From an uncultured Actinomycetes bacterium (GTDB lineage Bacteria; Actinomycetota; Acidimicrobiia; Acidimicrobiales; Ilumatobacteraceae): a DNA stretch of 64,000 nt. Below, piece by piece: positions 38,982 to 48,547 of the stretch; positions within the stretch are counted from its first letter, which is position 1; every line of letters starts with the position of its first letter. A model generated the notes under the pieces. That model worked only from the letters and a program-made list of their open reading frames with translations. It was not told the DNA's origin and did not search any database. Both the position numbers and the translations under genes were made by a program. Location: the NCBI GenBank assembly GCA_937927625.1, contig CALBSD010000097.1, positions 987 through 64,986 on the forward strand, read 5' to 3'.

Positions 38982-39647
38982 ATGGCACACGAACAAGTTC
39001 TCGCAGATACCGAATTCTTCGCAGAGGCACCTCTCGAATTACTCGCCCCCATTGCCGCTGCAGGCAAAGTACGCGAACTTGTTCGCGGTGACGTCCTCTT
39101 TGAAGTGGGCGATGAGCCCGACAGTATTTATGTCGTTCTTTCTGGTCGTATTGCAATTGCAATCGGCAACCGTCCGTTTGATCATCGCGAGAGTGTGATT
39201 GCACTCATGGATGAAGGCGACTTGTTCGGCGACATGGGAATGCTCGACAAGAGCCCACGCTCCGCAGGCGCACGAGCACTTGAAACATCATCTGTTCTTG
39301 AAATTCCGTACGCAGCAGTAATCGAACAACTCGACAAGTCATCTGCACTTTTGTGGAATGTGATTCGCATGCTCAGCCGTCGCCTTCGCGCGATGGACCA
39401 GGCACTTGCAGACAGCGTGTTCCTCGATGTCACAGGTCGTACTGCAAAGCGCCTTCTTGAATTGTCCGCAGGCAAGGATGAATTCACATTGCCTGTGACT
39501 CAAGAAGAACTCGCCGGCATGGTGGGCGCTTCACGTGAGCGCGTGAACAAGGCAATCGCAAGCTTCATCAAGCTTCATTGGCTTGTGCAGAGCGATCGCA
39601 CGTACCACATCATTGATCGTGCAAAGTTGGAACAACGCGCTATTTAG
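38982..39647 (+). CDS. crp: Crp/Fnr family transcriptional regulator (cNMP-binding plus HTH)
   Basis: cNMP-binding domain (LFGDMGMLD..PRSAGARA) and C-terminal HTH (TQEELAGMVGASRERVNKAIASF). Confidence 0.85.
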   Translation: MAHEQVLADTEFFAEAPLELLAPIAAAGKVRELVRGDVLFEVGDEPDSIYVVLSGRIAIAIGNRPFDHRESVIALMDEGDLFGDMGMLDKSPRSAGARALETSSVLEIPYAAVIEQLDKSSALLWNVIRMLSRRLRAMDQALADSVFLDVTGRTAKRLLELSAGKDEFTLPVTQEELAGMVGASRERVNKAIASFIKLHWLVQSDRTYHIIDRAKLEQRAI

Positions 39648-39652
39648 CCCGT

Positions 39653-39680
39653 AGACATTGCGTTTTTGCAATGTCTGTTT
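39653..39680. terminator. Bidirectional intrinsic terminator hairpin (9-bp stem AGACATTGC / GCAATGTCT, loop GTTTTT, 3' GTTT)
   Basis: Read directly from the sequence. It lies between the convergent crp stop (39647) and the dienelactone hydrolase stop (39684). Confidence 0.6.
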
Positions 39681-39683
39681 CAG

Positions 39684-40346
39684 TCAACTCAGTGCGCTGA
39701 GCAACCACGCTTTCGTCTTCGCGTACGCATCGTCAGCATCTTCTTTTCGGTACGAAGGCCGAGATACATCATGTGCAAATGCATGATTCGCTTCTGGGTA
39801 GAACGCAATTTGTGCACCCGTCGCTCGCAGTTGTGCAATATCTGCTTCTGGTGTGTACGGATCTTCACCGCCAAGAATTGCAAGCACGTTGTCGGCGTAT
39901 CCGTTGATGAGACATGCAAGTGGTTCTGCATGTCCTGGGCCCTTCCATGCTGGCGGCATCACAATCATTCCGTAGAACGACGCAATGCGAACGAAGCGTT
40001 CGTTGATAGCCGACTTAAAGCAATACATGCCACCCATGCAGTATCCGATGAGTCCAGTTGTTTCTGTGCCGAGCGCATCGGCACCTTCTAAAAGGTCGCG
40101 CAAATTTTCGTCGTCGTTCAGTTCAGGCATCACTGCAACACGACTTTCGATGGTGGCATCAACGTCTTTGCCAGGGAATGGCTCCACTGCAATGACCGAC
40201 ATTTCCCATTCACGTGAAAGACGTTCCACCATTTCGTCATATAACGGCCGCAGTCCAAAAATGTCCGGCGCGATGACAAGGCCCATCTTCGGATTCGGGT
40301 GTTTCACCATGATCGCTTCGGTTCCGGAGGGCAATGTGATGCGCAT
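39684..40346 (-). CDS. Dienelactone hydrolase family protein
   Basis: GLVIAPDIFGLRP, nucleophile elbow GYCMGG, C-terminal YPEANHAFAHD. ATG 40346 (MRITLPSGTEA). Confidence 0.8.
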   Translation of the reverse strand: MRITLPSGTEAIMVKHPNPKMGLVIAPDIFGLRPLYDEMVERLSREWEMSVIAVEPFPGKDVDATIESRVAVMPELNDDENLRDLLEGADALGTETTGLIGYCMGGMYCFKSAINERFVRIASFYGMIVMPPAWKGPGHAEPLACLINGYADNVLAILGGEDPYTPEADIAQLRATGAQIAFYPEANHAFAHDVSRPSYRKEDADDAYAKTKAWLLSALS

Positions 40347-40430
40347 CTGGCAAGTATTGCCCAGCGGTGAGACCCTGGGTGAGACCTCGGAGCCCCTTGT
40401 AGGTAAAGGGTTCTCCGCACTGTGCCGGCC

Positions 40431-41228
40431 ATGGCACACACACCACATTCCATTGAATTATCCGCCTCAACTCCCACCCCCACGCCCCCTGGCGACAATC
40501 TGGTGTGGACAACCGTGGGCTCGGGACCCAGCCGTCAGATTGTGGACGAATGGGCCCGCTACTCACGCCGTCCTGCCGTTCTGCGCCATGTGAATGCCTG
40601 GGCCTTCATGCCACGCCGTGTGGAGCATCTCGACGAGGTTCTCGAGTTATCTGGCTTTGGTCGCGCAATTGATGATGTCGAAGGAGATCAGTTTCTGTGG
40701 CACCTGGTGCGCGAAGCGGAACACGATGACATCGCAGCGCGCATTGTTCTTCATCGCATGATGCCTTCCATCATGAACATGGCTCGCCGGCGTGGACCTG
40801 TCGTTCATGGCGGAATCGAAATGGCAATGAACGATGCCATCGGAACTGCGTGGATGATCATCCGCACATTCCCCCATGACCGACGCCCACGAAAGATTGC
40901 GGCAAACATTGCGCGCGATACGGAAAACTATGCCTTTGTGCGACCACACCGCCTTCGTCGCGTGCAAGAAATGCAAATTGGCGATGAAATGTTGCGCGAT
41001 GTATTCGAGTATCGCTACTCACCCGACACTGGAAACAGTTTTGATGATGTGATGGCAGAAGCACAAGAGAATGGCGTACGTGCGCATCACATTGAATTGC
41101 TACAACGACTCGCGAGTGGCGAGCACAGTCGCAAAATTGCAGAAGAGACTGGTATTTCGCCACGTACGGTGCGTCAGCATCGCAAGGATGCAGTGGAAGA
41201 GGTGCGTCGAGTGTTGCTAAAGAACTAG
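40431..41228 (+). CDS. Divergent sigma-70/ECF-like or LuxR-type HTH regulator
   Basis: C-terminal region-4-like HTH LLQRLASGEHSRKIAEETGISPRTVRQHRKDAVEEVRRVL. The central part is weakly region-2-like. The N-terminal 70 aa are unassignable. Confidence 0.5.
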   Translation: MAHTPHSIELSASTPTPTPPGDNLVWTTVGSGPSRQIVDEWARYSRRPAVLRHVNAWAFMPRRVEHLDEVLELSGFGRAIDDVEGDQFLWHLVREAEHDDIAARIVLHRMMPSIMNMARRRGPVVHGGIEMAMNDAIGTAWMIIRTFPHDRRPRKIAANIARDTENYAFVRPHRLRRVQEMQIGDEMLRDVFEYRYSPDTGNSFDDVMAEAQENGVRAHHIELLQRLASGEHSRKIAEETGISPRTVRQHRKDAVEEVRRVLLKN

Positions 41229-41234
41229 TTCGGT

Positions 41235-43481
41235 TTAGCGTGCAAGTTTGACGCGACGTAGACGCAAACTATTCGTCACCACGAAGACAGACGACGAAGC
41301 CATGGCTAGACCAGCCCACATGGGGTTCATACGTCCCGTGGCAGCAAGCGGAATTGCAGCAACGTTGTAGGCGAAAGCCCAGAACACATTGGTACGAATC
41401 GTGCGCAGCGTTGCACGCGACAAACGGATTGCATCGGGCACGGAACGTAGATCGCCATTGACGATAGTGAGGTCACTTGCCTGCATCGCAACATCGGTGC
41501 CACCACCCATTGCAATTCCGACATCGGCTTGTGTAAGGGCTGCGGCATCATTCACGCCATCGCCCACCATGGCAACGGCGTATCCACGGTCTTGCAAGTC
41601 CTTCACCACAGCAACCTTGTCGGCGGGCATCACGCCTGCATATAAGTGGTGTTCGTCGATATCGATTCCAACAGAGATGGCAATGGCTTCTGCCGTTGCT
41701 TTGTTGTCGCCAGTGAGGAGTACCGGTGCAAGACCCATCAGTTTGAGCGACGCAATTGCTTCGGCACTTGTGGGTTTGGGTTGGTCCGCCACACACAGAA
41801 CTGCATTCGCGCGACCATCCCAGCTGGCAAGAACAGCAGTGTGACCTTCTGCACGTGCTGAAGCCAATGCATCCTTTAATGATGCAGGAATGATGACGAG
41901 ACGATTCGTGAACATCTCTTCACGACCGACCAATACGATGACGCCACCAATCCGACCTGCAGCCCCAACACCTGGCATTGATTCGAACTCATCAAGTTTT
42001 GGAAGCTCTCCGAGTTCTGCTTCTGCCGCAGAGACGATTGCGCGGGCAATCGGGTGCTCGCTTCCCTTTTCGATTGCTGCCGCGTAACGCAATGCAGATT
42101 CACGAGTGACACCTTCGGCACACACGATGTTCGCAAGCGTCATCTCGCCGGTTGTGACGGTGCCTGTCTTATCGAGCACCACAGTGTCAATACGACGAGT
42201 GCTCTGGAGAACATCAATGCCCTTGATGACGATGCCCATCTGCGCTGCACGACCACTGCCCACCATCAGTGCTGTTGGCGTTGCGAGACCCAATGCACAG
42301 GGGCAGGCGATGATGAGTACAGCGACAGCGGCGGTGAATGCTTTCTGCACATCGCCGTCAATAACCAACCAAGCGGCCAATGTGCAGGCGCTGATCGCGA
42401 AAACGACAGGGACAAAAATTGATGCCACTTTGTCGGCCACTTTTTGCACTGGCGCCTTCGTAGCTTGTGCTTCGCGCACCAATTTGGCCATACGAGCAAA
42501 GGTGGTTTCGCCGCCAACGCGTGTTGCCTTCACCAACAATCGGCCGTTCATGTTCACGGTGGCAGAGGTGACATTGTCACCAACTGTGACGTCAACCGGA
42601 ACACTCTCGCCAGTGATCATGCTGGCATCAACACTGGAAGAACCTTCTTCTACGACACCGTCTGCTGCGATCTTTTCGCCTGGACGCACTACCAAGATGT
42701 CGCCTTCACGCACCACCGAGGCAGGGATAGAAACCTCTTCACCGTTGCGCAACACAGTGGCGTACTTTGCACCCATTGCCAAGAGCGAACGCAACGCATC
42801 GCCTGCGGAATTCTTCGCACGCATCTCGAGATAGCGACCTAACAAGATGAATGCAGTCACAGTTGCGCCGACTTCGAAGTACACGTGCGTTGTGCCCTTG
42901 TGGGTCATCGACACTCCATCGTGGACCATTGTTGAATCAAGTGCATTGCCCCAGATAAGAGCCCACACACTCCACAAAGTTGCGGCGATCACACCAACAG
43001 AAATCAGAGTGTCCATTGTTGTGGTGCCATGGCGAGCGTTCTTTAGTGCCGTCTTATGGAATGGCCATGCACCCCACGTTGCGACGGGAAGCGAAAAAGC
43101 CATCGCCCACCATTGCCATCCGCTGAACTGCCATGGCATCACCATGCTGAGAACAACAACGGGGGCAGACATCACTGCTGAGAAGATCAAGCGAATGCGC
43201 GCCTGGCGCAGACGTGCTTCAAGGTCGTCGTCATAGGGGTTGTCGTCGACAACACGCGCGCCATATCCAGCATCTACGACGGCCTGAATCAATGTGGCCG
43301 GTTCAACTGAGGCGCCATCGAAAGCCACCATCGCGGATTCGGTTGCGTAGTTCACGGCGGCTTCAACGCCATCGATGCCATTGAGCTTCTTCTCAATGCG
43401 AGCAGCACATGCCGCACATGTCATGCCTTGTACAGCAAGCTCAACTTCGACAATGGATTCGGGGGGAACCACAACGCTCAT
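41235..43481 (-). CDS. copA: Copper-translocating P1B-type ATPase
   Basis: N-terminal HMA domain [21 protein letters not shown] motif ([10 protein letters not shown]), DKTGTVT phosphorylation site, and [10 protein letters not shown] hinge. Confidence 0.93.
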   Translation of the reverse strand: MSVVVPPESIVEVELAVQGMTCAACAARIEKKLNGIDGVEAAVNYATESAMVAFDGASVEPATLIQAVVDAGYGARVVDDNPYDDDLEARLRQARIRLIFSAVMSAPVVVLSMVMPWQFSGWQWWAMAFSLPVATWGAWPFHKTALKNARHGTTTMDTLISVGVIAATLWSVWALIWGNALDSTMVHDGVSMTHKGTTHVYFEVGATVTAFILLGRYLEMRAKNSAGDALRSLLAMGAKYATVLRNGEEVSIPASVVREGDILVVRPGEKIAADGVVEEGSSSVDASMITGESVPVDVTVGDNVTSATVNMNGRLLVKATRVGGETTFARMAKLVREAQATKAPVQKVADKVASIFVPVVFAISACTLAAWLVIDGDVQKAFTAAVAVLIIACPCALGLATPTALMVGSGRAAQMGIVIKGIDVLQSTRRIDTVVLDKTGTVTTGEMTLANIVCAEGVTRESALRYAAAIEKGSEHPIARAIVSAAEAELGELPKLDEFESMPGVGAAGRIGGVIVLVGREEMFTNRLVIIPASLKDALASARAEGHTAVLASWDGRANAVLCVADQPKPTSAEAIASLKLMGLAPVLLTGDNKATAEAIAISVGIDIDEHHLYAGVMPADKVAVVKDLQDRGYAVAMVGDGVNDAAALTQADVGIAMGGGTDVAMQASDLTIVNGDLRSVPDAIRLSRATLRTIRTNVFWAFAYNVAAIPLAATGRMNPMWAGLAMASSSVFVVTNSLRLRRVKLAR

Positions 43482-43487
43482 ATCTAA

Positions 43488-44258
43488 TTACCTACCACCA
43501 AAGTCGGGGTGACGCTTCTCAAGAAACGCAGCAATGCCCTCTTGTGCCACATCTGACACCACAGCGCTTGCCATCACGGCTGATGCAAACACATACGCAT
43601 CTGCTTCATTCATACCTACTTGTTGGTAGTACGCCTTCTTGCCCATCGCTTTGCTTTCACGCGAGCCACGACATGCACGTTCCAACAATGACTGAGTTGC
43701 GTTTTCCAGTTCCTCATCAGATGCAACCTCGTTGATGAAGCCCCACTCCAATGCGGTCTGCGCTGTGATGACATCACCGGTCATCGCCATCTCTAATGCG
43801 CGCTTCGGTGAAAGTGATCGTGCGACCGCAACGAGCGGCGTATGACAGAACAAGCCACCTTTGCCACCAGGAATCGCGAACCCTGCAGAAGATGCTGCAA
43901 CAGCAAGATCACATGTTGCGACTAATTGGCAACCAGCGGCAGTTGCCAATGCATGTACCCGCGCCACGATGGGCTGCGGGATGGAATGCATCATTTGCAT
44001 CAAGTTTGAGCAGACAGTAAAGAGGTGTAGTGCATCTGCTTCTGATGCGCCCTTCATTTCTCCAAAGTTGTGCCCGGCGGAAAACACGGGACCTTCGGCA
44101 GCAAGGATGACGCCGAGAGCATCAGACGACCCAATTTTTTCAAACACCTTGGTGAGTTCAACAAGAACATCCAGCGACAAGGCATTGCGCTTGGCCGGAT
44201 TACACAACGTCACAGTGATGTAATCACCGTGACGTTGCGAACGAACTGAAGTTGTCAT
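43488..44258 (-). CDS. Enoyl-CoA hydratase/isomerase (crotonase) family protein
   Basis: ITVTLCNPAKRNALS...FSAGHNF...ARVHALATAAGCQLVATCDLAVA. ATG 44258 is preceded by AGGAGG at 6-nt spacing. Its stop lies 6 nt before the copA start. Confidence 0.85.
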   Translation of the reverse strand: MTTSVRSQRHGDYITVTLCNPAKRNALSLDVLVELTKVFEKIGSSDALGVILAAEGPVFSAGHNFGEMKGASEADALHLFTVCSNLMQMMHSIPQPIVARVHALATAAGCQLVATCDLAVAASSAGFAIPGGKGGLFCHTPLVAVARSLSPKRALEMAMTGDVITAQTALEWGFINEVASDEELENATQSLLERACRGSRESKAMGKKAYYQQVGMNEADAYVFASAVMASAVVSDVAQEGIAAFLEKRHPDFGGR

Positions 44259-44300
44259 GGCGTGCCTCCTGATCACTACACAGAGTACGCCAGCAAGGAA

Positions 44301-44376
44301 TGGTGCGCCCTCTGGGGCTCGAACCCAGGACCTGCGGATTAAAAGTCCGTTGCTCTACCGACTGAGCTAAAGGCGC
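44301..44376 (-). tRNA. tRNA-Lys (anticodon TTT), CCA encoded
   Basis: The reverse complement reads GCGCCTTTAGCTCAGTCGGTAGAGCAACGGACTTTTAATCCGCAGGTCCTGGGTTCGAGCCCCAGAGGGCGCACCA. Acceptor GCGCCTT/AGGGCGC, anticodon loop CTTTTAA, T-loop GGTTCGAGC. The 27:43 A-C pair is a mismatch. Confidence 0.88.
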
Positions 44377-44402
44377 CAATGCACCTATAAGGCTAGTTCG
44401 GA

Positions 44403-45035
44403 CTACCGCAAACCGAACACTCGACTGAAGCGCTTCAGTGCAGCTTTTGAACCATTTACAACCACATCGCCCCGCTCAATTGCCTTTTCCAGAGAGATGA
44501 ACTCCTTGCGAATACGGAACAACACCGCGGGAGATACTTCCAGCTTGAGAACAGTCGACTGATCTGTTTTCACGGTGCCCCGAGATGAGAGTGTGAACTC
44601 TTCATCCCCGCATTGCACCGAGTAGTTCTCCGAGATTCCCTCAGCAGCTTCTGGGTCGTAATACGCGACGAGACAGGTCTGCACGGCCGACCACGGACGG
44701 TTCGCCTTTTTGTCATTCGGCGCATCGAGAAGTGGCATGCCAAATCGAGAAAGTGCACGCATCACAGGAAGCGTCTCTTTTCCACGTTCGGTGATCACAT
44801 AACGCGGACGACTTTCACTTCCCTCCGCTGCGATCAAATCTTCGTCCATCAATGTACGAATACGGGCAGTGAGAACGCCTGGGGCAATTCCTGGAAGATT
44901 CGAGCGAATGTCATTGAACCGCTCTTGACCGGCCATGACCTCGCGAAGTACCAAGAGTGTCCATCTGTCGCCCAGCACATCGAGTGCGCGTGCCACTGGG
45001 CAGTACTGCTCGTCGTATCGAACTGTGGCGGGCAT
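44403..45035 (-). CDS. HxlR-family winged-helix regulator with C-terminal extension
   Basis: YCPVARALDVLGDRWTLLVLREVMAGQERFNDIRSNLPGIAPGVLTARIRTL is the canonical HxlR N-domain. ATG start. Confidence 0.8.
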   Translation of the reverse strand: MPATVRYDEQYCPVARALDVLGDRWTLLVLREVMAGQERFNDIRSNLPGIAPGVLTARIRTLMDEDLIAAEGSESRPRYVITERGKETLPVMRALSRFGMPLLDAPNDKKANRPWSAVQTCLVAYYDPEAAEGISENYSVQCGDEEFTLSSRGTVKTDQSTVLKLEVSPAVLFRIRKEFISLEKAIERGDVVVNGSKAALKRFSRVFGLR

Positions 45036-45073
45036 GGAGTCTCCGTAATGTGCTGGCGGCTATCCACCAATAT

Positions 45074-45090
45074 AGTACTTTAAAAGTACT
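45074..45090. promoter_or_regulatory. 8-1-8 inverted repeat AGTACTTT-a-AAAGTACT in the hxlR/MFS divergent intergenic region
   Basis: Read directly from the sequence. It lies 38 nt from the hxlR ATG and 12-27 nt from the MFS start candidates. Confidence 0.45.
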
Positions 45091-45101
45091 TACAGGGTTC
45101 A

Positions 45102-46499
45102 ATGAAAGGACCTCTTATGTCAGACACACAGACTCTCGCTGCTGCGCGCAAACGAGAACGAATCATTCTGTTGGCAACTGGTCTTGCGGTGTTTGCCGTG
45201 TTCCTTGACACCACCATCGGCTTCGTCACATTCCAAGCCATTGGAAAGACGTTCCCCACATCACCTTCTACTTTGTCGTGGGTGCTCAATGCATACACAT
45301 TGGTATTTGGCTCTTTGCTCATTCCGGCTGGTCGTCTTGCCGACCGCATTGGTCGACGTCGCGTGTTCCTCATGGGTGTCATTGTCTTCACCATTGGATC
45401 CATGGCATGTGGACTTGCACCCAACCTCAACTGGTTAATTGCGGCAGAAGCACTTGAAGCTGCAGGCGCAGCGCTTCTTGTTCCCGCATCGCTTGCACTC
45501 TTGTTGCGCTCGTTTGATCCAACGCGTATTCCTGTTGTCGTCGCCATCTGGGGTGCCATTAGCGCAGCGGCAGGCGCAGCAGGTCCACCAATTGGCGCAT
45601 TGCTTGTTAGTCACTTGTCGTGGCGATGGGCATTCTTCTTGAACCTGCCCGTTGGCATTTTCAGTTTCTTCTTGGCTCGCAAAGTTCTCAATGAAAGCAA
45701 AGAGTCTGAAGCGGGACCAATGCCCGATGCACTCACTGTTGCGCTACTTGCTTTCGGCATGGGCTGCGTCACGTTGGCCATTGTCCAAAGCAACAAGTGG
45801 GGCTGGGTCGATAGTCGCACCATTGGAGCCTTCGCATTTGGTATCGCACTACTCGTCACCTTCGTATTGCGCGCACGAGTTATTTCGAACCCCGTGCTTC
45901 AGCTTGGTCTGTTCAGCAACCGAGACTTCCGTTGGGCCAACGTTGCAGCGTTCGTCTTCGCAATCGGTTTCAATGCGATGTTTATGAGCAACGTGTTGTT
46001 CCTCACCAACGTATGGGGTTATTCCATTCTTCGTGCCGGTATTGCCATCGGGCTCGGACCCGCAATCGTCGCCATAACCGCAGCGCGATTCGGCAAACTT
46101 GCCGGCCGTATCGGTCAACGTGCCGTACTTATTCCTGGTGGAATTCTCTATGCAATTGGCGGAACAATGTTGCTTCTGCTTGTTGATACAAAGCCTGCAT
46201 ACCTCACCCATTATTTGCCCACCGTGATCTTCACGGCGTTGGGTGTCTCTATGTGTTTGCCACAGTTCTCGTCTGCAGCTGCAGCGACACTTCCTGCAGA
46301 TCAATACGCATCAGGCAGTGCAGTGACTCAAGCAACTCGTTACCTCGGTGGATCATTCGGCGTTGCAGCCGTAATTGCATTCACCAGTGGTCACGCTGGT
46401 TTGAAGGGTTTTCAGCACGGTTGGATGTTGATTGCCACTGTTGGCGTGGTGGTCGCGTTCGCAAGTTCACGACTCACCCGTCGTCAGGTAACTGCTTAA
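45102..46499 (+). CDS. MFS transporter, DHA2-like (14 TM)
   Basis: Motif GRLADRIGRRRVF and 14 hydrophobic segments. ATG 45102. ATG 45117 (MSDTQTL, with AAAGGA 6 nt upstream) is an equally good start. Confidence 0.85.
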   Translation: MKGPLMSDTQTLAAARKRERIILLATGLAVFAVFLDTTIGFVTFQAIGKTFPTSPSTLSWVLNAYTLVFGSLLIPAGRLADRIGRRRVFLMGVIVFTIGSMACGLAPNLNWLIAAEALEAAGAALLVPASLALLLRSFDPTRIPVVVAIWGAISAAAGAAGPPIGALLVSHLSWRWAFFLNLPVGIFSFFLARKVLNESKESEAGPMPDALTVALLAFGMGCVTLAIVQSNKWGWVDSRTIGAFAFGIALLVTFVLRARVISNPVLQLGLFSNRDFRWANVAAFVFAIGFNAMFMSNVLFLTNVWGYSILRAGIAIGLGPAIVAITAARFGKLAGRIGQRAVLIPGGILYAIGGTMLLLLVDTKPAYLTHYLPTVIFTALGVSMCLPQFSSAAAATLPADQYASGSAVTQATRYLGGSFGVAAVIAFTSGHAGLKGFQHGWMLIATVGVVVAFASSRLTRRQVTA

Positions 46500-46529
46500 C
46501 CTTCGAAGAAATGCCCTTACGCTGTAGGC

Positions 46530-46682
46530 GTGGCTCGCACTGCTCAGAATAAGAACGGTCATGCGCCAAAGGTCTGCGTTACCTGTGGCCTGCCCTTCGA
46601 GTGGCGTCGCAAATGGGCTCGGGATTGGGAGAACGTGAAGTACTGCAGTGACCGCTGCAGGAAAGCAGAATCTGCTCGTTAA
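46530..46682 (+). CDS. DUF2256 zinc-ribbon-like small protein (50 aa; below the ORF-track length cutoff)
   Basis: Hand translation from GTG 46530: [50 protein letters not shown]. The K.C..CG.PF.WRKKW...W..VKYCS.RCR signature is the DUF2256 consensus as I recall it. Confidence 0.75.
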   Translation: MARTAQNKNGHAPKVCVTCGLPFEWRRKWARDWENVKYCSDRCRKAESAR

Positions 46683-46691
46683 GTCGTTTGG

Positions 46692-47654
46692 CTATTTATT
46701 AATGCGCTGATCACACCATTGCCAGATGGCATCACGGGCTTCAGGAGTGTCTGAATTCTTCGTTCGTGGCAATCGGTGAATCGGTCGTTCTGCACGATCG
46801 CTCCAGAACTTTCCAGAGTGGTTCGCCATGGCTTCATCGGAGCACAGCCAGCACATTGTGTCAGCACCTTGACTCGCACTTCTCAACAACGGCTTGGTCA
46901 CCATCCGGAATACGGGAAGCGAATCTTGAACACCAGGCGTATCGGCCCAGCCTGGGTGCATCGATGCAAAAGAGACCTCGGCCTCACTCAGTGCCCACAT
47001 TTCATTCAGGGTCACTTGGATACGTTTTGCAATCGCATATTGCTTCGTTCCGTCGTAATACGCAGGCGTCATTTCTGGCAACTCATCTACAAGAACATTC
47101 GGAAGTGATGCTGCATACATTCCTCCCGACGAAACGGTGATGACTCGCCCATGTGATGCGCGTAGCAACGGCAAAAGTCCTGTGGTCATCTGATGTGGTC
47201 CAAGAACATGGGTTGCGATAGTTGTCTCGAAACCTTGTGGAGTGGTGGAACGTTCCTTCAGCAACGCACCTGCATTATGAATGACCGCATGCAGGGAGTC
47301 ATGAGATTCAAAAATCTGTTGAGTCGCTGCTGAAACTGAATCGAGGTCGCCCATATCAGCGATAACCGTGCTGAACACTTGGTCGTCCGAATCTCGAACT
47401 AATTCATCCAACAGCTGCTGAAGTTTTTCAGTAGACCGACCAATGAGAATGAGATTGGCCCCCAGGGCAGCTAACTGAAGCGCTGCGGCTTTCCCCAGCC
47501 CGGAGGTGGGGCCGCTGATTGCGACAGTCTTCCCACGAAGGGCGTTGTGATCTAACGGCGTGAACTGGGAAGCTCGCACGAGATATCCGATGCGAGAGAA
47601 GCCCGGAACTACCAGTGCATCTAATGCGGAATCAATGATCTTCGGCAATGCCAT
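46692..47654 (-). CDS. SDR family oxidoreductase
   Basis: Rossmann motif GPTSGLGKAAA, NNAG-like HNAG, and catalytic Y-x3-K (YDGTKQYAIAK). ATG 47654 avoids overlap with the divergent gene. ATG 47726 is the alternative. Confidence 0.8.
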   Translation of the reverse strand: MALPKIIDSALDALVVPGFSRIGYLVRASQFTPLDHNALRGKTVAISGPTSGLGKAAALQLAALGANLILIGRSTEKLQQLLDELVRDSDDQVFSTVIADMGDLDSVSAATQQIFESHDSLHAVIHNAGALLKERSTTPQGFETTIATHVLGPHQMTTGLLPLLRASHGRVITVSSGGMYAASLPNVLVDELPEMTPAYYDGTKQYAIAKRIQVTLNEMWALSEAEVSFASMHPGWADTPGVQDSLPVFRMVTKPLLRSASQGADTMCWLCSDEAMANHSGKFWSDRAERPIHRLPRTKNSDTPEARDAIWQWCDQRINK

Positions 47655-47700
47655 ACCCGCACCGTACAGGGGCAATGTAAAAGGTAGATACCGTGTTCCT

Positions 47701-48072
47701 ATGACTTCTAACGTCTCAGAATTCATTGGGGTCTACGACGCCGACTCCACATTGTTCGGCGAGATTTCATACTGGATTGGCGCTCGTCTGGGCGTAGCTC
47801 ACTGCTCGTTGTGCGAACTCACCCATGGCTTGTTCACGGAGAAAGCTGAATGGAAACTGTGTTCAGAGTCCCTCGGTGTTCCTTTCCGAACATTCCATCG
47901 AGATGATGCACCTGACGATGTCAGCAATGCATTAGCGGACCACTACCCCGCTGTGCTGCAACGCACGAGCGAAGGTTTGTCGGTCATCTTGACAAAGGAA
48001 CAACTTGAGAGTTTCGACGGCCGCACAGCAAACTTCGCACAATGGTTGTCCGCCTACTTGATTAATTCTTGA
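47701..48072 (+). CDS. Hypothetical protein with H-C-x-L-C-x2-T-H motif
   Basis: The ATG 47701 product is MTSNVSEFIGVYDADSTLFGEISYWIGARLGVAHCSLCELTHG... I cannot name a family. The upstream part of the track ORF is antisense to the SDR gene. Confidence 0.5.
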   Translation: MTSNVSEFIGVYDADSTLFGEISYWIGARLGVAHCSLCELTHGLFTEKAEWKLCSESLGVPFRTFHRDDAPDDVSNALADHYPAVLQRTSEGLSVILTKEQLESFDGRTANFAQWLSAYLINS

Positions 48073-48547
48073 GAGCGGCGCGGGCTTCTTCGGGGTCCGG
48101 TGTGAAACCAGGAGTGTCTCGACAGAACTCGACCATGATTCCGTTGGGATCGATGTAATAAATGGAATGACACCAGCCATGGTCCACGTCCATCAACGGT
48201 TCAACACCACCGGCTGAAAGTGATGCCTTGGCTTGCTGTTGACGTTCCTCATCAGCCGCAAATGCAATGTGATTCACCCACACGGGCAGGCCGACCGATT
48301 CGGACACATCTGATTTCCAATCGGGCTTTTCCCCCACGCCGTGCACGTCAAAGAATGCAATGCACGAACCATCACCAAGGTCGAAGAACAAGTGGCGAAA
48401 GAAAGCCTCCGAGTCCGGAACTCGCGTGACTTCTGTGTGTACTAGTGGAAAGCCACACAAGTCCTCATAGAAATGCCGAGTCGCTTCAGGGTCTTTGCAC
48501 GCATATGCAACGTGATGTACACCTACTGATCGATTTGATCCAGTCAT
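48062..48547 (-). CDS. VOC (glyoxalase/dioxygenase) family protein
   Basis: VHHVAYACKDPEATRHFYEDLCGFPL...NHIAFA...DPNGIMVEF pattern. ATGA overlap with the upstream CMD gene. Confidence 0.8.
   Translation of the reverse strand: MTGSNRSVGVHHVAYACKDPEATRHFYEDLCGFPLVHTEVTRVPDSEAFFRHLFFDLGDGSCIAFFDVHGVGEKPDWKSDVSESVGLPVWVNHIAFAADEERQQQAKASLSAGGVEPLMDVDHGWCHSIYYIDPNGIMVEFCRDTPGFTPDPEEARAALKN

Noticed and set aside
38379-38996. 205-aa - strand ORF in an alternative frame over ispD, and 38245..38736 on the + strand.
   Set aside because: The ispD frame carries the canonical cytidylyltransferase motifs and is translationally coupled to ispF. The alternative frames have no motifs.
42106-42834. 242-aa + ORF antisense to copA, and similar ORFs at 41389..41844 and 42847..43236.
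   Set aside because: The copA frame has all the P-type ATPase signatures. The antisense frames are Ala/Ser/Thr-rich artefacts.
36656-44376. Whether the segment between tRNA-Thr and tRNA-Lys, or a segment adjacent to either tRNA, is an integrated genomic island (it contains the copA ATPase and an orphan sigma-like regulator).
   Set aside because: No integrase, recombinase or transposase is present, I could spot no direct repeat of a tRNA 3' end, and the segment contains core genes (rlmB, ispF, ispD, crp). A proper check would scan for a tRNA 3'-end repeat of at least 15 nt and look at compositional skew.
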